Part shown: in pieces, positions 1 through 10,882 of the stretch
How positions within the stretch are numbered: the stretch's first letter is position 1
How the letters are laid out: every line of letters starts with the position of its first letter
Assembly (NCBI GenBank): GCA_043228905.1
Contig: JBHGNT010000010.1
Coordinates: 9,052,001 to 9,116,000 of the forward strand
From: Azolla caroliniana
Taxonomy: Eukaryota > Plantae > Polypodiophyta
Direction of reading: 5' to 3'
Length of the DNA stretch: 64,000 nucleotides
The notes under the pieces: model-generated
Seen by the model: only the letters and a program-made list of their open reading frames with translations
What the model was told of the DNA's origin: nothing
Databases searched by the model: none
Translations under genes and position numbers: made by a program

Positions 1-1088
1 TCTCGTAGAGGCCCGACAGTTTCCTCCACATCTCATATGCGTTGGTGTCGTTCGCCACGTGTTGTAGAACGCTCACGTCGACGTATTGCCGAATGGTTGC
101 AACGGCTTTCCGGTTCAGAAGCCTCCACTCCGTCTCAAGTACCCCCTTGGGTATTTCCGACCTGTCGATCGGTTCATACAGGTCCCGAACAATGAGCAGA
201 TCCTCCATCTTTATCTTCCAGTCGGCGTAGTTCTGCGCATTCAGCACCATCATCCCCGGCTGCCCGCTGCTGCCGCCTTCCATTTTCTGTGTTACCGTTG
301 CTCTGATACCAGTTTGAGAGGATTTGACGCTATCAAATCTTTCGCCTCTCGGCCACAACCGAGACAACACGGATCAATGCAGCAGAAAATGGAAAAAAAA
401 AAAACACAGAGAGACGAATACACAGGGTATAACGTGGAAAACCCTAAACGGGAAAAACCACGGGAGTGCACAACTCCAACTATCACTATACACTGGAATA
501 TACAATGGCGAGCTGCAAGGCGACGACCTTGAGCTCGCTGTCCTCGCCACAGGCGGCGGTATTACACAGAGGCGTCGACCTCTTCGTTTCTCTCTCTAGC
601 GGCTGCTCTCACTTCGCTCCCTCTGAGTGAAAACAGAAAATAAGCAACAACATAAAACAGTTTGCCCTAAGTCATATTTATACATATATGTCTTTCGGGC
701 TATTTACAAATATAGCCTCAAGGGCTCTTGGCAAACATATTCACAAATATGTCCCCGCATCCGGATCTCCCTCCGGGTACATTCGTCATCCGGCTCCGTA
801 ACCGGGGTCTTCATCATCCGGCTCCGTAGCCGGGGTCTTCATCATCCGGCACCGTAGCCAGGGTCTTCGTCATCCGGCTCCGTAGCCGGGTATTCACCAT
901 CCGGCTCCGTAGCCGGGGTCTTCATCATCCGGCTCCGTAGCCAGGGTCTTCGTCATCCGGCTCCGTAGCCAGGGTCTTCATCATCCGGCTCCATAGCCAG
1001 GGTCTTCGTCATCCGGCTCCGTAACCGCAACCGGGCTTGCCGTCATTCATCTCCGGACATCCCATCCGGAGGGACCGAAATCCCAACA
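1..1088 (-). mobile_element. Ty1/Copia element A0 (same family as A): 5' LTR 315-1088, tRNA-Met PBS 300-311, gag start; runs off the window's left edge
   Basis: GCTCTGATACCA (reverse-complement Met PBS) lies next to a TG..CA-bounded LTR homologous to the A LTRs. Bases 1-285 are nearly identical to the A gag N-terminus at ~16710-16995. Confidence 0.9.
786..1030. repeat. 28-bp tandem repeat (~9 copies) inside the A0 LTR
   Basis: The unit TCATCCGGCTCCGTAGCCGGGGTCTTCA starts at 786, 814, 842, 870, 897, 925, 953, 981 and 1009. Confidence 0.95.
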
Positions 1089-1134
1089 CATAATAGAAGA
1101 AATCGAGTCAACCGCTTCACTTGCACTCCTTTGA

Positions 1135-2041
1135 CCATTCGTGTTCCAGTTCTTGGTGAGGGCCGCATGGTCGCTCACGTTCGTTCGTGTTCTAGTTCTC
1201 GGTGAGGGCCGCATGGTCGCTCACGCTCGTTCGTATTCCAGTTTTCGGTGAGGGCTGCATGGTCACTCACGTTCGTTCGTGTTCCAGTTCTCGGTGAGGT
1301 CGGTGAGGGCCACATGGTCACTCACGTCCGTTCGTGTTCCAGTTCTCGGTGAGGGCCACATGGTTGCTCACGCCCGTTGGTGTTCATGTTCCAACTCTCA
1401 GCGAGGACCAACATGGTCTCTCATGCCCGTTGGTGTTCGTGTTCCCAGTGAGGACCGCATGCCCATTGGTATTTGTGTTCCAGTCTCTGGTGAGGACCGC
1501 ACATGGTCGCTCACTCCAACTATTGTTTGTGTCCAGATCCCGGCGAGGACCGACATGGTTGTTCATGTCTGCTGGTGTTCATGTTCCAGTTCCCGGTGAG
1601 GACCACACATGGTCGCTCATATCCGTTCGTGTTCCAGTTCTCGGTGAGGGCCGCATGGTCGCTCAGGCCCGTTGTTCCAACTCTCGGTGAGGACCAACAT
1701 GGTCTCTTATGCATGTTGGTGTTCATGTTCCCAGTGAGGACCACACATGGTCACTCACGCCCGTTGGTATTCGTGTTCCAGTCTCCAGTGAGGACTGCAC
1801 ATGGTCGCTCACTCTAACTATTGTTTGTGTTGCAGATCCCGACGAGGACCGACATGGTCACTAATGCATGTTGTTGTTCATGTTCCCGTTCCCGGTGAGG
1901 ACCACACATGGTCGCTCATGCCCATTGGTATTCGTGTTTCAGTTCCCAACAAGGACCGCACATGGCCGCTCACGCCTGTTGGTATTCATGTTCTAGTCCT
2001 GGGCGAGGACCGCACATGGTTGCTCATGCCCGTTGGTGTTC
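1135..2041. repeat. Minisatellite array of ~18 units (46-58 bp) with a palindromic core and a ~290-300 bp higher-order period
   Basis: GTGTTCCAGTTCTCGGTGAGG(G/A)CCGCA(CA)TGGTCGCTCAC recurs throughout. Variant blocks near 1391/1677 and 1500/1798 repeat. Confidence 0.9.
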
Positions 2042-2393
2042 AATACCTCGACTTCTGGAAGGGTTACTCCTTGTCTAGGATTGTTGAGATACAAGCTCAA
2101 CATTGGCCGGATCGGCTGTGCAAGCCAAGAATCAGATCGGTTGGGATCGATCGGTTAGGCCGGACCGGTGCGTAAACCGGTGCACAACGAGAAGCAGTAG
2201 CGGTGCGTAAACAGCGAGGCCGTTGGAAAGATATTCCGAGTAGGAATATATTTTGGGAGTTAGTGTAGAGCTCACTTATGAGCATTGAAGTACGTGTCAG
2301 TACTTCTGTCAGTCCGTATGGACTTGTATAAAAGTGTTCGCTGAGCACATCCTATGTACAGACTGAGTATTATTTTTGAATTGAGTTTGTGTG

Positions 2394-2440
<47 letters not shown>

Positions 2441-5400
2441 GCGTACTGTGTATATTCAAGCTCTCCATTAAACCTGCGTTTCTGTGTTTGGTTTTCTATT
2501 GCTTCTGCACGCTATTCTTTTCACATGGTATCAGAGCGCGAGGGTCGAGAACCTCTGCAACCGACCTTACTCAAAGAAGAAAATCTAACCTTCGTAAAGA
2601 ACAGGAAAAACAAAATGGATAGAGGCATGGCTAGCTCGCTTCCAACAGACAAGCTCGACAGAAACAACTACGCGTCTTAGTCTTACAAGATGCACCAGTA
2701 CCTACTCAGGCACGGTTACTGGAGATATGTCGACGGAGCAAATGACACAGTACCCGATTCGACACACAAATACTTCCCGGCTTGGGAACAGTCAGCGAGC
2801 AGATTCCTCTATTGCTTTGCGTCTTGTGTGGGCGAACAACTTCTAAGCTACATTCGGGATGCAAAAACGCCGAAAGATGCTTGGGGAAATCTGAAGAAGA
2901 TTTTCACTGCAAGCACTACAGCCAGGAAGCTTCAACTCCGATAGGAGCTGAGCAACTTACGACAACGTGACTTGTTTGTGGCTGATTACACCTCGAAGAT
3001 CAAAGAGATATGTGACTCCTTAGCCTCTATCGATGTGAACGTCGAGGAAGGCGAGATGGTGCAGATCTGTCTCGGGGGACTGGCGTCGAAGTTCGGAGCG
3101 TTCTGAACTGCTGTGTGTACACGGGAGAATACACCATCCTTTTTCGACCTACAGTCGATGCTCCTCATAGAGGAGAACCACGCGGGTACGTCAACGAGCA
3201 CGCACACCCACAACAAGATGATGTACACGGAGGGAGATAGGCCCCATAGACGTGGCGAATGATGGAAAATATCGACACTTTCCAAACTCCACTTCTCGGC
3301 CACAACCAAGGAAACACACGAATCGTTGTTGCAGAAAATGGGAAATGCAAAAGTAAATGAGTGGACACACGATTTAACGTGGAAAACCCTGTACGGGAAA
3401 AACCACGAGAGTACAAAACTCCGAACCAAAGCTATGCACAGAGAAATATACAATGGCGAGCTGCAAGGCGACGACCTTGAGCTCGCTGTCCTCGCCACAG
3501 GCGGCGGAATTACACAGAGGCGTCGACCTCTTCCTCTCTCTCGTTCTATCTCTCTCACGGCTGCTCTCTCACTCTCTCTCACGACTGCTCTCTCTCTCTT
3601 CACTCTTCTTGAGTGGAAAAACAGAAAAATGAGTAGCAACATAAAAACTGTTTGCCCTAAGTCATATTTATACACATATGACTTTAGGGCTATTTACAAT
3701 TATAGCCTCAAGGGCCCTTGGCAAACATATTCACAGATATGTCCCCGCATCCGGATCTCTCTCCGGGTACATTCGTCATCCGGCTCCGAAGCCGGGGTCT
3801 TCATCATCCGGTTCCGAAACCGCAACCGGGCTTGTCGTCATTCATCTCCGACATCCGACCATCCCATCCGAAAGGGACCGTAAACCCAACAAACTCCCCC
3901 TTCACTTCGGCATGGGATGTCTCTCCAATCCGATCCTCTTCCGGCATGCTTCCAGCTTGTCGGGTGTGAGCACCTTGGTCAGCATATCCGACCCGTTCTC
4001 GTCCGTGTGGACCTTCGTCAGCACGAACTCCTTGTCTTCTATCCTTTCCCGGATCCAGTGGTATCTTCGCTGGATGTGCTTCGTCCGGGAATGATAGGCC
4101 GCGTTCTTCGCAAGGTGGATTGCACTCTGACTGTCGCAGTAGAGTCGGTACTCCTCCTGCCGGATACCGAGCTCTCTAATGAAGTCCTTCATCCATATTA
4201 TTTCCTTGCCGGCTTCAACAGCCGCCATGTACTCCGCCTCCGTAGTTGACAACGCAACCGTCTTCTGCAGCCTCGACTGCCATGAAACAGCTCCCCCTGC
4301 ATACGTCATCACATACCCTGATGTGGACCGGCTGGTATCCGCATCAGCCGACATATCCGAATCGGTAAAGCCGTCGAGTTCGGGCTTACCGGAACCGAAT
4401 CGGAGGCACACGTTTGCCGTGCCCTTCAGGTATCGGAGTATCCACTTAGCCGCGTTCCAATGCTCTTTGCCGGGATTGCTCATGTACCGGCTCACCACTC
4501 CGACTGCGTATCCAATGTCCGGTCTTGTACACACCATTGCGTACATCAAGCTTCCGACGGCAGAGGCATATGGCACTTTCATCATGTCCTCCTTCTCAGC
4601 CTTTGTCTTGAGGCTTTGCTTGCTGGACAGCTTGCAGTTTGCCGGGAGGGTCGATCCGACCGGTCTTGCTTCCGACATGTTGAACCGTTTAAGCACCTTT
4701 GTCACGTACTTCTCCTGTGACAGCCACAACTGCTTCTTGCTCCGGTCTCGGATGATGTGCATCCCTAGTATTTGTCTCGCCGGACCCAAGTCCTTCATTG
4801 AGAAGGTTCGGTGAAGAGCCTTCTTCAGCATCCGTATCTTGACCTGGTCCCGTCCGACGATCAACATGTCGTCCACGTACAGGAGGAGTATTAGAAAGTC
4901 TCCTCCTTCGAACTTCTTCACAAACACGCAGTGGTCGGACTGCGTTTTGAGGTACCCTTCGTCGGTCATGAAAGAGTCGAACTTCCGGTACCATTGCCGG
5001 GGAGCCTGCTTCAGACCGTAAAGGCTCTTCTTCAACCGGCATACCAGGTGCTCCTTCCCTTTCTTCTCGAATCCTTCCGGTTGCTGCATGTAGATCTCTT
5101 CTTCGAGGTCACCGTGAAGGAATGCCGTCTTCACGTCCATCTGTTCTACCTCGAGGTCCATGCTTGCCGCTATGCTCAGCACCGTCCGGATGGAGGTCAT
5201 CTTCACTACCGGGGCAAATATCTCGTCGAAGTCGACGCCCTTCTTCTGCTGAAACCCCTTCACCACGATCCTGGCTTTGTATCTCGGGGGGTTTCCAGCA
5301 TCTCCCGGTTTCAGCTTGAACACCCACTTGTTTCGAAGTGCCCGCTTTCCTTTCGGCAACTCCACAAGTTCATATGTGTGGTTCTCATGCAGGGAATCCA

Positions 5401-6071
5401 TCTCGTCCTGCATGGCACTCAACCACCTGCGGCTCTGGGTGTCATGCTTTGCTTCTTCAAAGCTCTCCGGCTCCCCCTCGTCGGTTAGCAGCACGTGCTC
5501 TGGTTCCGGAAATCTCCGGGGGGCCCTTCTCTCTCTTAGAGGATATCTCCGTTCCGGAGCTTCGGTAACCGGCTCCTCCGTTTCTTCTTCATCCGAATCC
5601 ATTTCGGGATCGGGGCCGGTTCCGGTATCATTTTCATCTTCCTCGGCCGGTTCTGTTTCTTCACCGTCTTCGGCTGGATCTTCGAGTGTTAACCGGTCCC
5701 TTGCCGGTCGGGACTGCTCCTCGTAGAGTTTATCCTCACCGGTCGACTTGGAGCTCTTCATCTTCTTCTCCGACTCCCAGTCGGCGAGTGTCTTGTTCTC
5801 CATGAAGATGATATCGCGACTCCGGAATATCTTCTTGTCGACCGGGTCCCATACTCGGTAGCCGAACTCGTCATCGCCGTAACCGAGGAATATGCATGGC
5901 CGGGTCTTTGGATCTAGCTTTCCTCTCCGGTCCTTAGCCACATGCACATATGCGAGACACCCGAACACCTTCAGATGCCGGTAGGATACTTCCCTACCGG
6001 TCCACACTCTCTGCGGCGTGTCTCCGTCCAAAGGTACTGAGGGTGATCTGTTTATCACGTATGTCGCCGTC

Positions 6072-9000
6072 TGTTGGCCGGTCAGAGAAGGCAAATGGGA
6101 AAGCAAGGTCGGATCGGATAAATATAGAAATAGGAATAGAATTATTAGGAGGGACGGATCCGGTAGTTGTAACCGATCCGGATCCGAACCGATTCGGTTT
6201 CGGTTAACGGTTGCCTATCGAGCACCGATTGTAATCTGGCCGGATGCCTATAAAAGGATCCGATGTTTTGTAATGAAGGGGCGAAGAATTAATATAGTTT
6301 TGCTTATGCTGATTAATCTTGTCTTCGTCTGTGCTTAAGTGTAATTATCATACGCGTGTATTAACATCCTATCCCTACCACCCCTTTGGAGAAGTGTCGG
6401 ATAGACACCTGTGTTGCGGCTAGTCCAGCCATACATACAACACTATTTTGGACTTAAGACAATAGAGCTACCCTCGAGCCAAATATTCTTCGAGTATTTC
6501 GGCGAATATTCCCTCAGCAGCAAGGCGTATCGCACACAGGGCGGAGCGAACCTGCTGTTCGGAGAGGTGGCCCGCGCCCTGATGGAGTATGGGTTCGTGA
6601 ACCCTCGTCCGGCAGCCATAGCCAAATACCGAGCAGCGATCGTCATCGCGACATTCGAAGGCCTGCAGGTGGACTGGCTCCACTTCATCACCGAAGGACT
6701 GAAAGAGGCGATAAAGCACTTGGTGGAAGGGAAGAAGCCATGGGCCGGAATATCCCAATGGTTAACAGTGTTGGTCCCACCGGTGTCCCCCATCAAGCAC
6801 AAGCAAAGAAGTCGGCAGGAGACTACCCCGAAGCAAACCATGAAGCGCCGACGAATCCTAGAGAAACACACTCCAGGATGGACACAGGAAGAAGAAGCGC
6901 CGCCAGAAGAGGGATCATCCCGACAGCCGCGGAAAGAAGGCTCATCTCGACAACCGAGGGAAGAAGACTCCTCCCGACAGCAACGGGAGGAAGGCTCATC
7001 ACGGCAGCCACAGAAACAGCAACAGCAACCGACAATGAAGAAGAAAAAGGCGGAAAAAGGCAAGGAGAAGGTGGCAAAGAAGACCAGCAAGAGGCAAACC
7101 GACACCGAACCAGTAACGCTCGAATCGGAACCGGTACCAGTAAAGGAACCAATAGTGGCACCGACGGAGGACGCTGAAACAGAGGAAGACTCATCCGAAC
7201 CGATGTTAATACTACCACCCAGGCAAGGAAAGGAGAAACGAGCGACAAGACCGACCCCAACAGCGGACGGAACTCAGCAACGGGCAAAAGAACCGCCGCC
7301 AGTAACCGGAACAGAAGCGACACAGGATGAAGGTTCGTCTGCACCAAAGACGGCAGTACCGGAACCGACGGCGGCGGAGTTCGAAGAACAAAGAAAGGAA
7401 CAAGCGCCGGAACAAGAGAAGAGGCCGGAGAAACAGCCGGAAAAACAGCCGGAGCTAGGCACGCCTGCTGACACCAACGAAGGCAGAACAAAGGCACAAT
7501 GGCTAAGGTGGTTGTCAGGGCAGTTGTCGGGAGTAGCAGACCAGATGGAGAAAGAGGAGGAGCAAAGAGAAGAAGTGACTAGGACGACGACTAAGGATAT
7601 GGTCATGCTCCGGGCACAATTACATGAGCTGCAAGAAGAGCTAGCACAGGCAAAAGAAGGCAGCCGACAAGCACAAGATGGCACCGAGCCGGTCGGGACA
7701 TCAGAAAAGCAAGCCGAACCAGAAACGGAGAAGGCCTTGCAAACCGGCCCTGAGACCGAGAAGTTAATAGCAACTTTGAAAGAAGAATTACAGGCTCAGG
7801 AGGCATTGAGAGATAACGAAAGAGAGCAGCGGAAGTTGGTAGAAGACGACAGACGGCGAATGGAGGAAGGCCTTCGCCGAAGCAAAGCCACCAATGACCG
7901 ACTACAAGAAGAAAACGGGACATTGCAAAAGGAAAAAGATAGGCTGCGCCGACGAATGGAGCAGGAAATTGAGCAGTTGCGAGAGGAACTCCGACAACAA
8001 AAGGACCGGGATGATCAGTTGCGAGCTCAGGCGAACCGACGCCTAAAACAGAAGACGGAGGAATTCGACCGACTATGTAAGGATTATAAACAGGCCACGT
8101 CGGACATCAAGAATCAGGCAGCAACGTACGACCGACAGATAGAGAAGCTGAAAGAGCAGCTCAAGGAAAACCGCTTGGAATTGTCCAAAGCAAGGGAGGA
8201 AGTATCGGCGGAGAAGACCTTGACGTCGGAACAAAGAAAGGAGATGGAAGTACTTCGGCAGAAAGTAGGGGAACTGACAAAGAGCCGGAACGAGGAAAAA
8301 GTGAAGTCGACTTTCGAAATCAACAAATGGCGGAGTACCTGTGACAAGCAAAAAGCCGACTCTGAAGCTCAAGCTCAGTTAATGGCCGACATCATCAAAC
8401 GGATAAGGAAGGAAAAACAAGCAGCTTCGGAACAGGCTAAAGCAGGGGTTGACCGAATTAAGTTCATCATGTCAAGCTGGAGTACCCGAGCTCAGGCCAG
8501 CATAAATGAAAGCACGGAGAAACTCTGGAGGGAATGGGCACAACAGGCAGCTGAACTGCAGACACTCCGAGCTGATGCAGAAAATCGGAAGAAAACCGGA
8601 GATGGGTTCTATAAAATGGACGAAGAAAGTATCGTCAACATCCGGGAAGAATTGTCGGAGGATTTCTATGCTCTAGCAGAAGAGCATCTCAAGGAAATCC
8701 GAGGGTTAGTAGAGAGGTTGGATGACGGGCAGCTCGAAACCCAACTAGAATTGGAAGGGTACGAGAAGGACCGACTGCGACAGGAAGCCGAGGGACACAC
8801 AACGCCGATCTCCATTAGTGAGGGCGAGCGACCGGCTGAAGAGGACCCAACCAACAATGCACCCCGACAAGAATTACCCGAGGAAGAACTTCCGGAGCAA
8901 GAGCAGGTTGATGCCGGGGACGATGCAGAGTGGAGACAGAGAAGTACCGAATCCGGGGAGGAAAGGACACAACCAGTGGAAACCGGAGAGAGCGATACCG

Positions 9001-9615
9001 GGAACGGAACGGAGGTAGAGCAGGACAGACCCGGACAGGATACAGAAGAAACACCGGTACTACCGGTAGAAGCAGAGTCGGAGCAGCAAGATGCGAAAAG
9101 GCAGCCAATCCAATCGGAAGTCGGAGACGGCACAGGCAAAACAACACTTGAAACCTCTGAGCGGAGTTTGCTGGATAATTTGGAGGAAGACTGAAGCCGG
9201 CTGTGGGTTCGAAGTGCAATGCACTTTCCCACGGGCGTGCCATGTGTTGGCCGGTCAGAGAAGGCAAATGGGAAAGCAAGGTCGGATCGGATAAATATAG
9301 AAATAGGAATAGAATTATTAGGAGGGACGGATCCGGTAGTTGTAACCGATCCGGATCCGAACCGATTCGGTTTCGGTTAACGGTTGCCTATCGAGCACCG
9401 ATTGTAATCTGGCCGGATGCCTATAAAAGGATCCGATGTTTTGTAATGAAGGGGCGATGAATTAATATAGTTTTGCTTATGCTGATTAATCTTGTCTTCG
9501 TCTGTGCTTAAGTGTAATTATTATACGCGTGTATTAACATCCTATCCCTACCACCCCTTTGGAGAAGTGTCGGATAGACACCTGTGTTGCGGCTAGTCCA
9601 GCCATACATACAACA
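6072..9615 (-). mobile_element. Element E: non-autonomous LTR element, LTRs 6072-6442 and 9245-9615 (371 bp), tRNA-Arg-type PBS on the minus strand beside the right LTR, no gag/pol
   Basis: TSD CCGTC at 6067-6071 and 9616-9620. TG..CA LTRs differ at 2 positions that I found. The minus strand reads CA-TGGCACGCCCGTGGGA after the right LTR. Strand is assigned from the PBS only. Confidence 0.88.
6411..9194 (+). CDS. 927-codon ORF of element E: N-terminal globular-looking region, basic NLS-like patches, EEGSSRQPR repeats, long coiled coil, acidic tail; function unknown
   Basis: The ORF is uninterrupted and fills the whole internal region. It opens at a GTG inside the LTR, and the first ATG is at 6582. 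No gag, PR, RT, RH or INT motifs are visible. Confidence 0.7.
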   Translation: MLRLVQPYIQHYFGLKTIELPSSQIFFEYFGEYSLSSKAYRTQGGANLLFGEVARALMEYGFVNPRPAAIAKYRAAIVIATFEGLQVDWLHFITEGLKEAIKHLVEGKKPWAGISQWLTVLVPPVSPIKHKQRSRQETTPKQTMKRRRILEKHTPGWTQEEEAPPEEGSSRQPRKEGSSRQPREEDSSRQQREEGSSRQPQKQQQQPTMKKKKAEKGKEKVAKKTSKRQTDTEPVTLESEPVPVKEPIVAPTEDAETEEDSSEPMLILPPRQGKEKRATRPTPTADGTQQRAKEPPPVTGTEATQDEGSSAPKTAVPEPTAAEFEEQRKEQAPEQEKRPEKQPEKQPELGTPADTNEGRTKAQWLRWLSGQLSGVADQMEKEEEQREEVTRTTTKDMVMLRAQLHELQEELAQAKEGSRQAQDGTEPVGTSEKQAEPETEKALQTGPETEKLIATLKEELQAQEALRDNEREQRKLVEDDRRRMEEGLRRSKATNDRLQEENGTLQKEKDRLRRRMEQEIEQLREELRQQKDRDDQLRAQANRRLKQKTEEFDRLCKDYKQATSDIKNQAATYDRQIEKLKEQLKENRLELSKAREEVSAEKTLTSEQRKEMEVLRQKVGELTKSRNEEKVKSTFEINKWRSTCDKQKADSEAQAQLMADIIKRIRKEKQAASEQAKAGVDRIKFIMSSWSTRAQASINESTEKLWREWAQQAAELQTLRADAENRKKTGDGFYKMDEESIVNIREELSEDFYALAEEHLKEIRGLVERLDDGQLETQLELEGYEKDRLRQEAEGHTTPISISEGERPAEEDPTNNAPRQELPEEELPEQEQVDAGDDAEWRQRSTESGEERTQPVETGESDTGNGTEVEQDRPGQDTEETPVLPVEAESEQQDAKRQPIQSEVGDGTGKTTLETSERSLLDNLEED

Positions 9616-10677
9616 CCGTCGACATCGCCTCAGCCCAAAACCCCTTGGGTAATTCCGCATGCGCCAGCATACTCCGGACCCTCTCCATTATGGTCCGGTT
9701 CATCCTCTCGGCCAGCCCGTTCAGTTCCGGCGTCTTCGGCACAGTAAACTCGAGCCAGATTCCCTTCGAGCGACAGTACTCCGCGAACTGCCCCCGGTAT
9801 TCCCCTCCGTTATCCGCTCGTATCGCTTTCAGCTTCTTGCCGGATTCCCTTTCCACTCTCGCGTGGAGTTCTTTGAAGACGCACAACACTTGGTCCTTTG
9901 TCTTCAGCGGTGCCGTCCACAGTTTTCGGCTATGATCATCTATGAATGTTACGAAGTACTGGGCTCCGCCATGTGACTTCGTTTCTACCTGACACACATC
10001 AGTGTGCACCAACTCCAATGGTGCGCTACGTCTCGTCGGTGGCCTTGAGTGGAAGGAGGTTCGGTTCTGCTTACCGGCCAGGCAATCGGTGCACTTCTCC
10101 AGGTGCACATGCTTCACTGGAATAAGGTTGTCTTCTGCAAGCCTCTTCATCCCCTTCTCACTCATGTGGCACAGTCTCTTGTGCCACAGCTCACCGGCAA
10201 TGTCGGCTGCCACGTTTAACTCTTCCGGACACAACCAGGCATTCATAAGGTACAGTGTGTTGACTTTCCGGGCCCGAGCCACTATCAGGCTCCCCTTGCT
10301 GAACTTCATTACGCCGTTCCGGATGCTACCTGTGTAGCCTTCATCGTCTAGCCTCCCGGCCGACATCAGGTTCAATCGAACCTCCGGAACGTGTCGGACA
10401 TCCTTCAGCAGCATTTTGCATCCGGTCGAGGTTGTCAACCACACGTCTCCTATGCCGACGATCCGGCACGTACCTTCATTTCCCATCCGAACACAGCCAT
10501 GCTCACCGGCTGTGTAGGATGAGAAGTATCTTCTCTCCGGGGTCAGGTGGAACGATGCTCCGGAATCGACCACCCAGGTCGTCTCATCGCCGGCAATGTT
10601 TAGTTCACCTTCTTCGGTGATGAGCATGATTTCTTCCTCACTTGCCGCGAGTGCCGTCGTTCCTTTCCGGTCCTGCC

Positions 10678-10848
10678 TGTCGAATACATGTGTATAATGT
10701 ACGTATTCATACTATCCCGTTTTGGCCATTTATGTAATTAGCATAAAGGGTAGTTGCCCTAAGTCGGTCACTATATATAGTGACCTTGTAACCTTTTTGT
10801 AAGGTTGGATGTTGTATTATTGCTTTATGAAATAAGAACTTCTTTTGT

Positions 10849-10882
<34 letters not shown>

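Noticed and set aside
1135-2041. CRISPR-like array of palindromic repeats
   Set aside because: The linkers are homologous to each other rather than unique spacers, the context is eukaryotic, and no cas genes are present.
2986-3883. ORFs of 185-229 aa over the A LTR, repeated at ~17.0-17.6 kb
   Set aside because: They lie inside LTR sequence, cross insertion junctions, are driven by CT/GA repeats and show no domain.
6072-6442. Cassandra-like 5S rRNA sequence in the E LTR
   Set aside because: Small hairpins are present, but I see no match to plant 5S rRNA or its A/C boxes.
6411-9194. E ORF as an envelope protein or a host SMC/myosin gene
   Set aside because: There is no signal peptide, transmembrane segment, Walker motif or intron. 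Coiled-coil composition alone is not diagnostic.
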